Shown: positions 1 through 12,878 of the stretch, one piece after another | Numbering within the stretch: the stretch's first letter is position 1 | How the letters are laid out: every line of letters begins with the position of its first letter | NCBI GenBank assembly: GCA_035084275.1 | Contig: CM068757.1 | Span: 5,394,001 to 5,458,000, forward strand | DNA: 64,000 nt | From: Hydrolagus colliei | Lineage: Eukaryota | Reading direction: 5' to 3' | The notes under the pieces: model-generated | What the model was told of the DNA's origin: nothing | What the model saw: the letters and a program-made list of their open reading frames with translations, nothing else | The model's database searches: none | Position numbers and translations under genes: made by a program

Positions 1-209
1 ATTAGGATGTACGTGGAAGCAGAATCAGAATATCCCACAGATGGTTGTATTTATTTACCACATGGTTGTCAGTTAGACATTACTTCCAAGTTCATTGATG
101 TATTGAAATCTCCCATCTCAAACCTCAGTTATTTTGCTAATTACGATGTCATTCTTTTTTCAGAGAACAAAAACTCACCATGGCTTTCTGAATGAGAACA
201 TTCATTGAC

Positions 210-430
210 ATCAGGCCGGCTCAGTTGATAGCAAGCTGGTTCAAGTATCAAACATTAAAAATAACTTAATAATGTCAGGACTTTGAACTCACATAGTTTA
301 AAGTGACACACCAATGCAGTGCCGGAGGGGGGGTGGCGGAATCACTTTCTTTTAATCTGAATGCTTTAACTTCCTACTGTTTGAAGTCACAATCGTGAGG
401 GAAATCTTTCAGCATGACATTATTGTACAC
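210..430 (+). mobile_element. old, decayed tRNA-headed Deu-type SINE (5' part)
   Basis: Box A-like ggctcagttgatagc followed by tgacacaccaatgcagtgccggaggg, which resembles the block seen in the copies at 18395-18650 and 19518-19563. Confidence 0.5.
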
Positions 431-469
431 TCAATCCTTCCCTCCCCTTATTCACGGCACATCTCAAAA

Positions 470-605
470 CTTAGCTCTTTGGATGTGATGTCCCATTTCC
501 CTTCCCCACCCACTTCGGCTCCCAACCCCAGCCCTGGTGCGTACCTCGCCCAGTTGTCAAATGCTTTGAGAAGTCCTCTGAATACGAAAGGTGCTGTATA
601 ATTGT
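470..605 (+). mobile_element. L2-type LINE 3' tail fragment
   Basis: Pyrimidine-rich stretch ending in gctttgagaagtcctctgaatacgaaaggtgctgtataattg, like the L2 tails at 9454 and 33200. Confidence 0.55.
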
Positions 606-2522
606 TTGCGTATTGTACTGTTGACTTTTCTTTTGATATCCAATGGGGCTCCCATTACCATGTGCATCAGGTTAGGCACACACCCTGTTCCTCAAAGGCA
701 GCCTGGCTCTATGGCTGGTGGGAATGAGCGTGATGGATCTCTTTGTGGTAAAATCCAGACACTCATGATGTTGGATGATGCTGTAGCACATATTTAATGA
801 AGGACAACATGAAGCACACTTAGAAATATTCAGTCTGTGCATTAATTCATCCACTGAATGTGCTGAGTATTTGGCCAAATACGTTTCGAATCTGAGTAAG
901 ACGAATTGACAAAGTAATCTCTGCAATTAATTGGTTTTGAATGTATTACTGGCTGTAAAATATATATATATATTTTAATCCTTCTGGATATCTATTAATT
1001 TAACCTCTGCAAATCATTTCATGCAATGATTTTAAATGGACCTTTTTTTTTCCAAGTGAGGCAGGTTTCTCTTTGAATCTAATGCATCTGAATGCCCTAG
1101 ACCAACTTAATTAAATGCGTTGTCTCAATTTGACAATATTGTGAGACTTTAATTTGTTTATCAACATCATAGATTACAATCGTGTAGTCAGCAAGACCAT
1201 AACTCTATCTTCACTTGCATTGAGCAATTAAACATTTTAATAAAATACAGTTCAACAAAAAAAATTACAAAAGGTTTTATTAAAGGAGGAAAATGGGGTG
1301 AAATTCTAAGTGAGTTTAAATTTACTATATTTATGAAGCATTTTACAGGGACCAGAATTTTACAGATTGTTGCTTTCAGGCTTAACTTTGAAGATGTTTT
1401 GCTATAGCTTCTAAAAAAAACTTTAGGAAACAAAGACATCAAAATCAAGGCTTAGCCCACAACAAATAGATTCATTGAAAGCATTAAGTTAAAAGAACAT
1501 CATAGTTACTGTATCATGAATTATTAATGATCCTTGATTTTATACCTTGGAGTTCTTATGTGCCAGGCCATATATTAGCACTAACCTATAGCTTAAGGCA
1601 CAATCTACAAGACATCATAAGAATATAGTCCAGAAAAGCAATTGTAACAGAATTTTGATGCAGCCAGCTGTTCTCTTATCAGACTCCTCACTGACATCTG
1701 GTTGCTAAGGTGTGTTGAGGTGAACTCTGTTGGTTCTGTCAGAAAAGCTGATTGCGAAATGCAGTTTTGTGAGTTTGAGTGATTAATGAAATAGCTTTCA
1801 ATTGAGCATAACATTCCTTCAATGTGATCAATGAGGTGGATGTAAAGCTGTGCGCAGATTCATCCAGGTTGTCTGATCTGATGAGGGGGTTTGGTCAGCC
1901 CATGAAATCATTGAAACGCTTTTGATTGCGGGGACGTGCAAGGTCTCTGAAGCAAAAGAAAAGCCAATGTGCCGCAGTCTCTAAACTCCCTGGAGCGCTC
2001 ACCTTTCACAGATTGAGCATTTGTCAATAGTAAATGCAGATCCCATGTCAACTCAACATTTTTCTCTCAGAGCTATGGTGGAAAAACCCTTCCATAACAA
2101 AAAAAATTTGCTTACAAATTTCTATACATTGTTGAAAATATATGTATGTACCTTATTTATTTTTGTTAAATAAATTACTGTTCTTGCAGCCCAACTGGGG
2201 TTCCTGTTTTACCTTGGAGATAGGCCCGATAAAGCTGTCTGATAATTGTTTGTCCACATTGTTTTTCTTTCCTCTTACTATCAACATCTTTATTAAAACT
2301 ATACAAGATAGCCTCAGTGGTAAAGACTGCAGGCATATTACTGCATGTCTTACCTCCATTGTATATTAAAATTAATATGTTCCTATGAATATTTAAACAA
2401 TGTACTGTACAATGGATTTAGTCTTGTTGTTTCTTGAGGTCAGCATATGCATCTCTCAGCACTGCATGTCCCTGCTAAAGCAGGCTACAAGGGTTTAATC
2501 CTAAAAGAGTTTGATTTTTGTT

Positions 2523-2772
2523 GAGTCCTATGGCATGCTGGTTGGATCATTCACCTAGCAAGCAAGTGGACCTGAGTTTAATTACCAGGCAGGGTGAAAT
2601 GTTAGTTTTCTTAGTCGGCATGCCTATTTAAAGGTAAGTAGGAGCCAAATTGTTAGATTGGCAGATCGCTTTTCTGAGAGTAATAATCTGTTCAAAAATA
2701 AATTGATTAATGATTTTTTAAAAATAATAATAACTTGGACACTCAATCTATGACTGTTTATGGGACACTGTC
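2523..2772 (+). mobile_element. tRNA-Deu SINE, diverged long subfamily copy (3' truncated)
   Basis: Head gagtcctatggc...ccaggcagggtgaaa and Deu block atgactgtttatgggacactg are collinear with the copy at 17493. Confidence 0.7.
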
Positions 2773-3004
2773 ATTGATTGTGAACAGGGAGCTTTTTTAT
2801 TCCCCAATGGAAAAGTATGTCAGGATAAACACAGACAAATCAATGTTAAAACCATGCAAAGCAAATGCCGCTTATAGATTTATTGATTTCAGTCGGCTAC
2901 AAAACAAATCAAAGATGCTTTGCTGTTATTCAAAACCATGACTGTTATTCAAAGAGATGCCTTGTGATTCATTACAATGTCAAAGGAGCATTTCAGTGTA
3001 AAGA

Positions 3005-3138
3005 TAATTAAAATACTGCAGATGATGGAAGTCTGAAGCAAAAACAGAAATCGCTGGGAACATTCAGCAGGCCAGCCATCATCTATGGAGAAAGGAAAGA
3101 GTGTAAACGTTTCGGGTCCATGACCCTTCGTCAGAACT
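3005..3138 (-). mobile_element. Penelope-like element terminal-repeat fragment
   Basis: aaatactgcagatgatggaagtctgaagcaaaaacagaaatcgctgg...aacgtttcgggtccatgacccttcgtcagaact matches, from memory, the short Penelope-type repeat common in chondrichthyans, and it carries a hammerhead core. Confidence 0.7.
3100..3138 (-). ncRNA. minimal (type I) hammerhead ribozyme motif
   Basis: Minus strand reads AGUU CUGACGA A GGGUC-AUG-GACCC GAAA CG UU: both conserved core boxes, a perfect 5-bp stem II and a palindromic minimal stem III; the 3' arm of stem I is degenerate. Confidence 0.75.
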
Positions 3139-3693
3139 ATTACTGACAGAACCATTTATTAGCATTTAGCCTAATGTATACTCTTACAGTAACTGTCAAG
3201 TCTAAACCTCTCCAAATGGTAACCACAACTGTGCGACGCAAATGGTTAGAATGAATTTGCAATGAAACTAAAAAGGTTTCAAAAAGGAAAATGTTCCTTT
3301 GAACAAAATGTTCAAGTCGCTGTCCCATAAAGTGAACTGAGGAAACGAATTTGCATTAGAACTCTTCATCATTCCAAACTAATTACAGTAATAGCTTCAT
3401 TAACAAGAGTAGTGCTGAACACAAAATACATTATCGCTGATTATGGCTCTGTACGTCACAAAGAAATTCAGTAGCAATGAAAATATTAATTGAATACATC
3501 AGATTGTACATTGAGTGCTATAACAATACACTGTAGTTGAAGATGGGTGGAACTAAGACAAAGGCTTTCTAACACTGGCCCTTGTAGGCATTGAATTTGG
3601 GCTGAATTTGTATTCTACTTCGAAAGATCATGCTTTCTTCATAACATATGCTTCGCCAGTGGTACACACGTTATGGATTTCTGAGTAAAAACA

Positions 3694-3729
3694 ATTGCGT
3701 CTTAACCTTTGGGCTAAGATCAAGTGGAG
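3694..3729 (+). pseudogene. 3'-truncated U2 snRNA pseudogene (first ~36 nt)
   Basis: ATTGCGTCTTAACCTTTGGGCTAAGATCAAGTGGAG vs U2 ATCGCTTCTCGGCCTTTTGGCTAAGATCAAGTGTAG gives 29/36 ungapped identity from U2 position 1, with mismatches concentrated at CpGs. Confidence 0.75.
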
Positions 3730-5124
3730 ATTTCCCGTGGTTTCATAGAAGTTCCAACAAGTGTGGTTCAGCCAGCATTAAATAACTCTGTAATGTCACT
3801 CTTTGTAGTGGAAATCCGCAGGCCTTGCGTCTTTGATTTGTTACTGAATGAACCCATTAATAATTGAACGGAGATCACAGCTATGGTGAGAGCGCAGCTA
3901 TGGTGGTCTGTCTTTCCCCCCTTTCTTTGGCAAGTTTCCTTGTAAGTTGTGTCCCCTGTTTTGCTGAGCCGTTGTGACCTTCGTTGAATTTAATGTGACT
4001 CACTTGTAAAGTTAGAATTATCCCCACATTAAGCAACAAATTGTCTTTAATCTTGCCAAGGTTGTAAACCTCACCCAAAGTGCTTCACGAGGGAAACTGC
4101 TAGGGGTTGTTCGTTTTCATTTGATTAAAGTGTAAATCTCATTTCATTCGGTTTTTACAAAGAACTGTACAGTAATTGTAATAAAGTTGATCATTGCAGT
4201 GATTTACCTATTGATCTTTCCTTCCACAGTTATCCTTGTGCCTTCCTCATCGCGCATTGCAGGATTCTGCATTCATGAAATTGACTTGAAATTGTCAAGC
4301 CTCTGGGAAAGCATTGTGGAGGCTTCCTGCAGAGAGTGTACACTGAATCAAAGGGCCATCGTTTTTTACAGTAAGTACACATCACAGTGAAGAATCGTAT
4401 CCATTTCCTTGGTTATGAAAACGAGATTCAAATTTTCTTTCTGTATTTCTCTGTCAGAAAATGCAGTGATTTCTTTTTCGGGATTCACGTAATCAGGTTA
4501 CCAACATGTGTATTTGTTTGCTAAATACCGAGGCAAAGAGCTCAAGATTTACTCTGAATGTGGCTTTGCCTCAGTGAGCATGAACAAATGTATGCTTCTC
4601 TTAGCTGCACAGAAACTCAACTATGAATGTTAAAAGGTTGGCAAGAAATCCTGCCACACATTTTAAAGCGACAGTGTTTGGGTTGTTGCGGAGTTGCCGT
4701 GGGTGTACTTTTGAAGGGGCAAAAACCCAAGGGACGCACAAAAATAATTCACCCTTAAATATAACATCTACACCTCCCCATTTTGACTGATTCCATATGT
4801 ATAAAGTCAGCACTAATTTGTTATGTCTCGGTAATTGGCAGTTTGACCTCACTGGATAAGCTTCCAGTCATTGCAATTTCATTGTTACTCGTTCAGCCTG
4901 GACACCTCATCCTTCAAATACACAGAGCACAGACAAGGCTGTGGAAAAGAAACAGAACTGAATGCAATTTTCACCGTGAGCTTCACAATGTATGTTTAGC
5001 AACATAGTGGGCATGCTGGCTGGCGTGCTTTCAAGGCTGCAATCATCAACTGGGAGTTCAGATCGTGTTTGAAATTGCTTCACTGCTGTGAACTTTGAGA
5101 TTGTTGAACTTGATTGAGATTACT

Positions 5125-5242
5125 ACTAATAATAATAGTAATTCTTGCTTTTGACATAGTGCTTTTTATGTCTTCTAGACGTCTCAAAGCACTTCACAGA
5201 ATATACTGTAAAGTGATTTGACCTTGTATATGTGGGCGAAAC
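5125..5242 (-). mobile_element. tRNA-Deu SINE 3' fragment
   Basis: taataataat...ttgcttttgacatagtgcttttt...tctagacgtctcaaagcacttcacagaatatactgtaaagtga is the reverse complement of the SINE tail. Confidence 0.85.
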
Positions 5243-5959
5243 TAGGATTACTCCGAGTTACTGACTTTTCATCATGTACATTATCAACTGCTATATATTA
5301 ACCGACTGATCAGTGTATTTTGCGAGCAGCAACCATTTATAAGTTTGCTGAGTGATCGACCAGAGGTGTAAATAGACTCTCACACAATAATGCACTTTTG
5401 TACCCTCGTTATCCTCTGGTTGCTAAATAGTTTAAGTGCTCTGAGTTGCCGTTCGGAGTGGAGGGCGCTATATAAATACAAGTTGCTGTTGATGTAAACT
5501 AATTGGGTCAGCGTTTGTATATCCATGTTGCAAGTTCCAGTACTTAAGAGGTCATATTTATTATAGTTCATACGTTGCATTTATTTCTATATTACTATCT
5601 GTGTTTTGTTTATAACTTGCATTTGTCGATATGGCTGCAAGATAAAATTTTTTTAAAAAATCTCTATTATTGAACTGTGACCTTTTCCATACACTGATTG
5701 CTACCTCCGGCATGAAAAATCCTTTGCATCTGCATTGGGCAAGGATTGCCGTAAGGCTCGATTCTCATTTTGCCGCTGAGTGAGTCACATTCTGATCTGG
5801 ATCAAATTGCAAGCAGTTACTTTGCAGAGAGCATTTCATGTAAATAAACCCGCTTCCAGCCTAGCACACTCCAGACTGACATGAAAATTGCACGGTGGTT
5901 ATATAGTCAATTGAAATGCTTAAGAGGGAGTTAGCCAGCTGGACACATGTGTATATATC

Positions 5960-6033
5960 GGCTTACTTTCTTCATTACCTACTTTACTTACTAACTTACT
6001 TACTCACTGACTGACTTACTAACTTCCTTACTT
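5960..6033. repeat. degenerate (ACTN)n tetranucleotide repeat
   Basis: actttacttactaacttacttactcactgactgacttactaac. Confidence 0.8.
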
Positions 6034-7094
6034 AGGAAGTTAGGGTATTAAGTGACATGTCAAAACGCAACATAAGCTGAAAATATGGCAAGAAAGACTC
6101 AGTGGCTGAATGGCCATTTTGCCATTCTTATTGTGAAAGTTCCTTTACATATTTCAGTGCATTTCAGTATAATATCAATCCAGCTCTAAAATCACAGTTT
6201 TATTCATTGTGTTTCTTCCTGCTACTTTCTTGGCCTCTGTCTCAGAGCGAGAATAAGCAAGGTTTGAGTGCGAGACCTATTTTTTTTGACATCTGGAAGC
6301 CAGGGACTGAACTGATACATTCCATTAAAATGTGAGCATTTTTTTTGAGACCTGACTTGGGTTCATTCGGTCTGTCACATTTTGAGGTTGATGAAAGAGT
6401 ACCATCACTAAATAAATGTTAACTGAAGGGTTTGGAGGAAAGTAATCTGTATCTATCTATAGTATATCTGTACTTACCGATTAATTCACTACCTTTGCTC
6501 TAGGACACAGCCCTGCATGAGGTGCGCTATATAAATGCGATTTGTTGTTGATACAGGGAACATCTGTACGATAATTTCCCACAAGAGCTAGAGTACATAA
6601 TGTTGTAAATTCTGCACAGCTGTGGAAGGTCTAATAAACGGAATGGCCTTTTCTCATCCCACGCATTCTTGCCATCTTCTTCCTTTAGATGTGGTGTTCT
6701 CTTTGAACACATTAATGAGCCTCCTTATCTCAGCTCGTGAGATTCATGCCAACGAATGTAACCTGCTGCTTGTAAGCACTGCAGTTCAGAGAACTATATA
6801 AAGGATTACAGCCAGGTACTGAAGCAATGCTAGGTCTATAATTCCTAAACCCTGGGGCTTAGTACTGATTTCCTTAATCTTCTAAAAGTTAAAGGAACTT
6901 CTGCTGTATGAAAACTATATGGGCCGACAAAAGTGACACGTGAAGTGCCAATTATTATACGGAATGTCCCATTTTACATCTTTATAATTCCTACATTTTT
7001 GTGCGATGTGAATCTATCCCTGCAGCTGATATCTTTAAATCTGTTATAGATTTTTCGCACACAAAATACTGTATACAGTTAATTCATTTTACAG

Positions 7095-7345
7095 TTCCTG
7101 TTCGAGTGGATGTTAAAGGTCCCATGGCACTATACAAAAAGAGAGGTGAGTTTCTCCTAGTGTCTTCAACAATAATTCCCCAAATAAAATAGGTTATTCA
7201 CTTCCCAGTCGTTGGTGGAACATTGTTGTGCACAGGTTGGACACCACACTCGCCTATAAAATACAATCAATGTCCTTTACAGTGTAACCTGTGAAGCGCT
7301 TCGTGACATCCTCCAAACATAAAAGGCACAATATCTAATCTGTTA
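7095..7345 (+). mobile_element. old Deu-type SINE, central and 3' part
   Basis: cctgttcgagtggatgttaaaggtcccatggcacta followed by the tail ctgtgaagcgcttcgtgacatcc...aaaggcac. Confidence 0.75.
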
Positions 7346-9453
7346 TCCATAGATTATGAAATGCAACTCAAGCTTAACATAACAAATTGATTTGAAATTG
7401 AAGACTCAGGATTAAGCCACTTAATAAGTTTCATATTTCTGAAACCTAACGGAGGACTATTGAGTGAGTTGTCATGGTAAAAAATATCTGCGGGATGTTT
7501 TTCTTCAGAAATAATGGTCACTACAGTGTTGCAAAGGCTTTGGTTATTACGCATGCAATGATAATTCAATTAATTAGTTGTCATTTAGGGCCAGCAGTGA
7601 GTTGTCATTTGCAAGCGTACAAATTATCCCCAATTATGGATCTTGTCAGAGTGAACTATAAAAGTGTCTCTGTAACACATCACTCAAGTTTTCAACTGAT
7701 ATGAATAGGTCCGCAGCCAGATATTAATTTTCTGCTGATGCACAACTTATTTTCCAGCTTAGTTTTAGCAGAACCGATTTCGCATTAAAACAATTACAGA
7801 TCCAAAGAAATTCTGTACATGATAAAGTAATATTTCAAAAAGCAATTGCGGTATTGCTTATTCATTCGCAAGTTGCAAACTGATTGAATTACCCTCCGAT
7901 TCGGTTAATGTTGCCGTGGGGATAAATTCCTGCAGTGGATGGGGTTGGGGAATGAGGGAAACAAAAACAATTCTAAAACAATCTTAGTTCAAATTTTGCT
8001 GAGACAATTCAGGCTCAAAATTGTGCCTAGGTCTAAAAATTGTGCAGCATTCTGAAAAATTTAAATATTAATTATCATTTGGAAGCTGGTTCTTTTTTTT
8101 AAAAAAAATGCAAAAAAATTCCTTACGAAGTGAACAGTGAATTTGAAGAATTGTCCACAATTCTGCTGATCTTCCATTTTAAGACAAAATAATCTTAAAC
8201 AGCAGGAATTTGGGATCTTTGTAACCGACTGGCAATCACGTGATCTTGAAACCAATTTGTATTCATCATTACATAGAAAAAAATGAATAACTAGTTTGTG
8301 AGAGATAACAACACATTAGAATTTTTAACTGATAATAACATAAATATCCGGGTCATCACTTTACTGAACTGAGTATACTGTTGTATATGATACTCCCAAT
8401 GTTTCAGCCAACAATCCCTATAGTAGCTGATCAACCCGCATGGTTGTTTGTGGTGTCTCGATGGAGTAAACCACTTTTGTGTTTTCCTACAATAACTGTC
8501 ATTATAATTGACAGTAACTACCTGCGTAAGTGCTTTGAGGCATTTCAGTGTGATGAGGTTTTATGAAAATGTTAATTTTTCTTTGTTTAATAAAAGTAAC
8601 TATTCGAGCTAATCTAAGATGAAATGCACACCATTAATCATTTGACACCTCAGGCTTATGTTTTTTTTACAATGACCCGGTTCAGAAGCCAAAACTGTGG
8701 GTTTTTCAAAATTTGTTAATGGGTATTTCAAGCTCCTTTTTGACAAGGTAAAAATGGTCTCCGTTGATATGTTGGAGAAACAGCCCATGGTTGATACCAT
8801 CTGTCATGTGTGACAGCTTTAATGCTTGTGACCTGATGTTTTATTGTCCTTATGTCTGCTTATCAGAGAAAATAAACATGGGAGGGTAAAGGTTTTAATC
8901 AACAACATGTATCAACTCTCTCGCATTATATTACATTTTTCGCTGGTGATGAATCCAAATTGGATTGAAATGCATAGGCTGGTGCGAGATCAATATGGGA
9001 CACAATGATATACCCATATCCAGTGTGTGAATAGTTTATTGGAGCACTGGTCTTGATATCTCAATCCCATTTACTTCTCTTCTTTACCCCTTTGTGTGTG
9101 TATTTATGAAGATGACGTATGACCTGCAATACTTGCCCTCTCACCTCAGTATTCCCCAGATCCTCCACTTGACACAAGACGCTAGGAAAATAACATGAGC
9201 AACAGCAGTGTTGCAACAATAAACTTGTTGCTGAGATCTGATATTTCCTATTGCCCCAAGTGAATGGTCAGAATGGTGTGTCGAGAGAGGTAGGGATTAA
9301 TTTTGAACCTTATGCACAAAATTTGCTTTTGATACAAACTTTTACTTTCAATTTTTTTATAAGAATATACTGTACATTTTTAAATCTTGAATTTGCACAT
9401 AACATATTTGGGTGCGCTAAAGATGCAGTGCAGATTCCTATAGTCATGTTCAG

Positions 9454-9806
9454 AACACAACAACAAGATTGCACTTATATAGCGCCTTTCACGTCGGGAG
9501 GACGTCCCAAAGCGCTGAACAGTCAGGTCTGGACCCGAGCGGGTGGGGTGGGGGGAAGGGTTGGGGTAGGGGGAAGGGGAAGGAGAGTGGGAGAGGAGGA
9601 AGAGTTAGTGGGGCGGCCGAAGGCGCGGTCGAAGAGGAAGGTTTTGAGACTGGCCTTGAAGGAGGGAGGAAAGGAAGGGGCTTCGGGATGGAGTTCCACA
9701 GTGTGGGAGCAGAGAAGCTGAAGGCCCGACCGCCAATGGTTGGGCGGTTAGGGTGGTGGACGCGGAGCAGACTTGAGTCTGCTGAACGGAGAGGACGGGC
9801 GGGCTG
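9454..9806 (-). mobile_element. L2 LINE 3' end (5' truncated)
   Basis: (CAA)n tail and gcacttatatagcgcctttcacgtc; the minus strand encodes an ORF2 C-terminus like IGGRAFSFSAPTLWNSIP...SFKASLKTFLF. Confidence 0.9.
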
Positions 9807-12800
9807 ATACGGAACCCACTATCTAAAGCTAATGCAATTTTTTTTCACAGTATACTGGATGAGGGTCCTTATATTGGGTTCAATAGTAGAGAAATTGCTG
9901 CTCCAAACCAACTAAGAAACCCATTGATTAAAAGTTACCATCACCTCCAATGCTGATGACTGGGAAAGTCCTAATCTCACTGGGATCTCAAAGGCAAAAC
10001 TCTGCTGCATTCAGTGTGACATTGTGTCAATGGATGTAAAAGGGGTCAAAGTAAGCCTTGTGTGTGTTTTGATAAGGTAGTCTTATGAACTCTGCAACGT
10101 TTCAAACTTGATTCTAGGAGTGAATTTTAAGATAAGGGATTGAATTCTACCAAAGGTTCTTCAGCAAGACTCTACATTCCCATTGTGTCTTGAAATTTAC
10201 TTTTGCATAATGGATCGGCATCTGCAAAGAGAAGTGCAAACAAATGTAGTAAAATAGTTCTAAACACTCTTTCCCAAAAGTAATAATGGATGTTTTCTGA
10301 TACTTTAATGTTCTGTGGTATGATTCATACTTTTAGCAGATAAAGTTTATATATCTAGAAGAATGGATATATCATTTGTACCAGTGAGAGATTGTCACTG
10401 TGAAATATTTAATTGCTTTCTTCATTTAAAAGTGGTGCAAACAGCATATTTCTACAGCTTACATTATGTCTATAACATTGATTTCTAAGACATTTAATAA
10501 TAAAGGTTATTAGTTTGCATCATAACATGGTAAATCACACACAGGGCTATTTAAACAGGGTGATCCATACAAGAAAATGTATTGCCGAAACAAACTAAAA
10601 ACGTCACTCTTACAAAGTGAGCTTATTTGAATCATTTTAAACAGAATACTGTCGCGTGAAATTGGAACATGCAGTGATATAAATAGAATAGCTTGCAACA
10701 AACAAGTGTTTTGTCACTTGTGAATTACGTGATCTCCACAACAAGTGGAATAAACATCACATCCAACACAATATATCTGTTTGTCGTATCTCCTATGATT
10801 TAAAACACCTTTTGCAGTCGTCAATTATTCATGTTTTTAAATTGGTCAGTCGCAGATTGTACAGATAAGAAACTTGTGAACACTAATAACACTGTGCAAG
10901 GTGGAGTCAGGTTTTGATTTGAATACCGTCGACTTGTTTTCAAGTGGACGAAAATACTTTATTAACATAATAAGAATCCTTATTCTGAAAAGGGGTTTCC
11001 ACATTTTCAATTGGTGCGCAGTACAGTTTAACATCTTTTCCATTTCTGCCTTGGTGATGGCACAGACAATCTGCCACAGAGCAGGAACAGAATTCAATGT
11101 AAGTTGCATTGGATACCAACAGTCTCCATCAGCGAGGCCCCTTGTCGTCAATCCACCTATCTTCAGCTCACTCCTCATTATTCTGTCAGGACCACAAATG
11201 GTGCAATTCTCGTTCAGCATTCCCAGAGCAGATTTCTGCTCCTTTGTCATGGTGTCTGCATCACTGTCATAACATCTATCTCATTCCCAAATGTAAGTAC
11301 TGCACATACAGCAGCTCAAGAAAAGCACAGAGGCAGGCAAAGCAGCATGATGAACCATACAGTTAGCTAAAAGGGTATGCGACTCGTGAAAGTTAGGAAG
11401 AGGATCAGGGTAATAGCTGGTGTAACAACATTGGGTTAAAATGATTTCATTCTCGATTTATATTTCCTGACATTCTCTTAATGGACCTCTTAATGAACCT
11501 AAAGGTGCATCAGTTTAGAACACTCTTCTAAAATGATGCACCTTTAAACGCTGACAAAGTGGTTTTTCCTGTGTGTTGGTAACCCCCACACATTAAAATT
11601 CATAATCGCAGTGATTTCAGATGCTGTATTAATAATCCTGTCCCATCGACCACTTTGGAGCAAAGAAAGGTTGCTTTGTCTGAGGTAGATGTAGGTTTGT
11701 ATACCTCGCAGTGTAGTAATGCTACAACATTTAGCTTATCTGACTGTTGATCAAACAGATTGCAACTGATGGTTTAGCAACAAGCCCAAGTTGACAGAGA
11801 TCTTCAAGGCAAAGTGCAACATTGCTGCAAGGGGCTCCATTTTACATTTATTTTTTTCTTCACTTCGTCTGATGTAATGTGGATCGACAGCCATGCAGAT
11901 TTCCCATCAAAGCTATCGGGACAATAAAAGCATTATGTTTATTGCAGTATTGGGGAGCATGTAACTCACTTATTTTGTTAACTTGTCAAACTAATCATTC
12001 GCTTTGGTCAGGCTGCTGTTTATCCTCAGATAACATTGGGATTAATTTCCCCCCATGTCTGACAAGAAAAGGGCAACGAGATTTGAGTAAAAAGTGTAAC
12101 GTGCTTCGAGGAACCAAATGTTTAAGATCTCATTCGAAAAGGGTTTGACATTTGTGCTGTGTTTTGTAGGGGTAATAGAAAAGGCCTAGATGAGAAAACT
12201 GATAGAATACAGGTCACTAATTTGAACATGAGTCCTGAATTGTATCCATGTTAACTGGATAACCTGAAGCAAATGAAATGATAATTCATGGATTCAACAC
12301 GTATCAACCATTGTATTCTATTCTCACAGGATAGTAGGTGCAACCAAGCTGTTCCATTAAGAATCACATTAAGAAGTCATCTTTCAATAGGCTGGGTCAT
12401 CAGCCAGTGAAGCAGTGCTTAATTTAGTGCCAGGAATCATTCCAGTGTACAGATTCCTGTGCTAATCGTGAAGTCCAGTAGATGCAACAGTTAACAGGGA
12501 TAGTGCTCAGTTGGGACTGACTGTAAGTGGAAGCAAATAAATCCTTTAACTGGAATAAGAACTGTTATTATTACTATTATATTTACAGAGTGCAAGTTGT
12601 TCATTGTCAGACTCCTGTATGTCACTACTTCTTTGAGTCAGAGAGAAATGCACTATGTTCATCAACACAGTACAAAATTGCTGGGTAATGAAAAGTTGCG
12701 TTTGGCTCTGTGCTTATCATTTCAATTCTGGTCCCAACTTGGCACAAGAGCATGACGGAAGAAGCTGCAAAGTATGAGAATTTGAATCCTCATCCACCAA

Positions 12801-12821
12801 CACAGTTGATGTCAAGCTTTG

Positions 12822-12878
12822 TCGCTCGGTCACTCACTCGCTCGCACGCACGCACGCATGCACGCATGCACTCACTCT
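12822..12878. repeat. (CTCA/CGCA)n simple repeat
   Basis: cactcactcgctcgcacgcacgcacgcatgcacgcatgcactcact. Confidence 0.8.

Noticed and set aside
9251-9807. 156-aa and 112-aa Gly/Arg-rich ORFs
   Set aside because: They are antisense reads of the L2 3' end
9953-9972. CTGATGA...GAAA hammerhead-like boxes
   Set aside because: Only 4 nt lie between the boxes, so no stem II can form
10846-11370. Overlapping 85-134-aa ORFs and an exon-like segment at 11190-11292
   Set aside because: No recognisable domain in any frame; the 103-nt segment has only generic splice signals
11681-11710. let-7-like TGAGGTAGATGTAGGTTTGTATA
   Set aside because: Needs insertions relative to let-7 and forms only a short local stem, not a pre-miRNA
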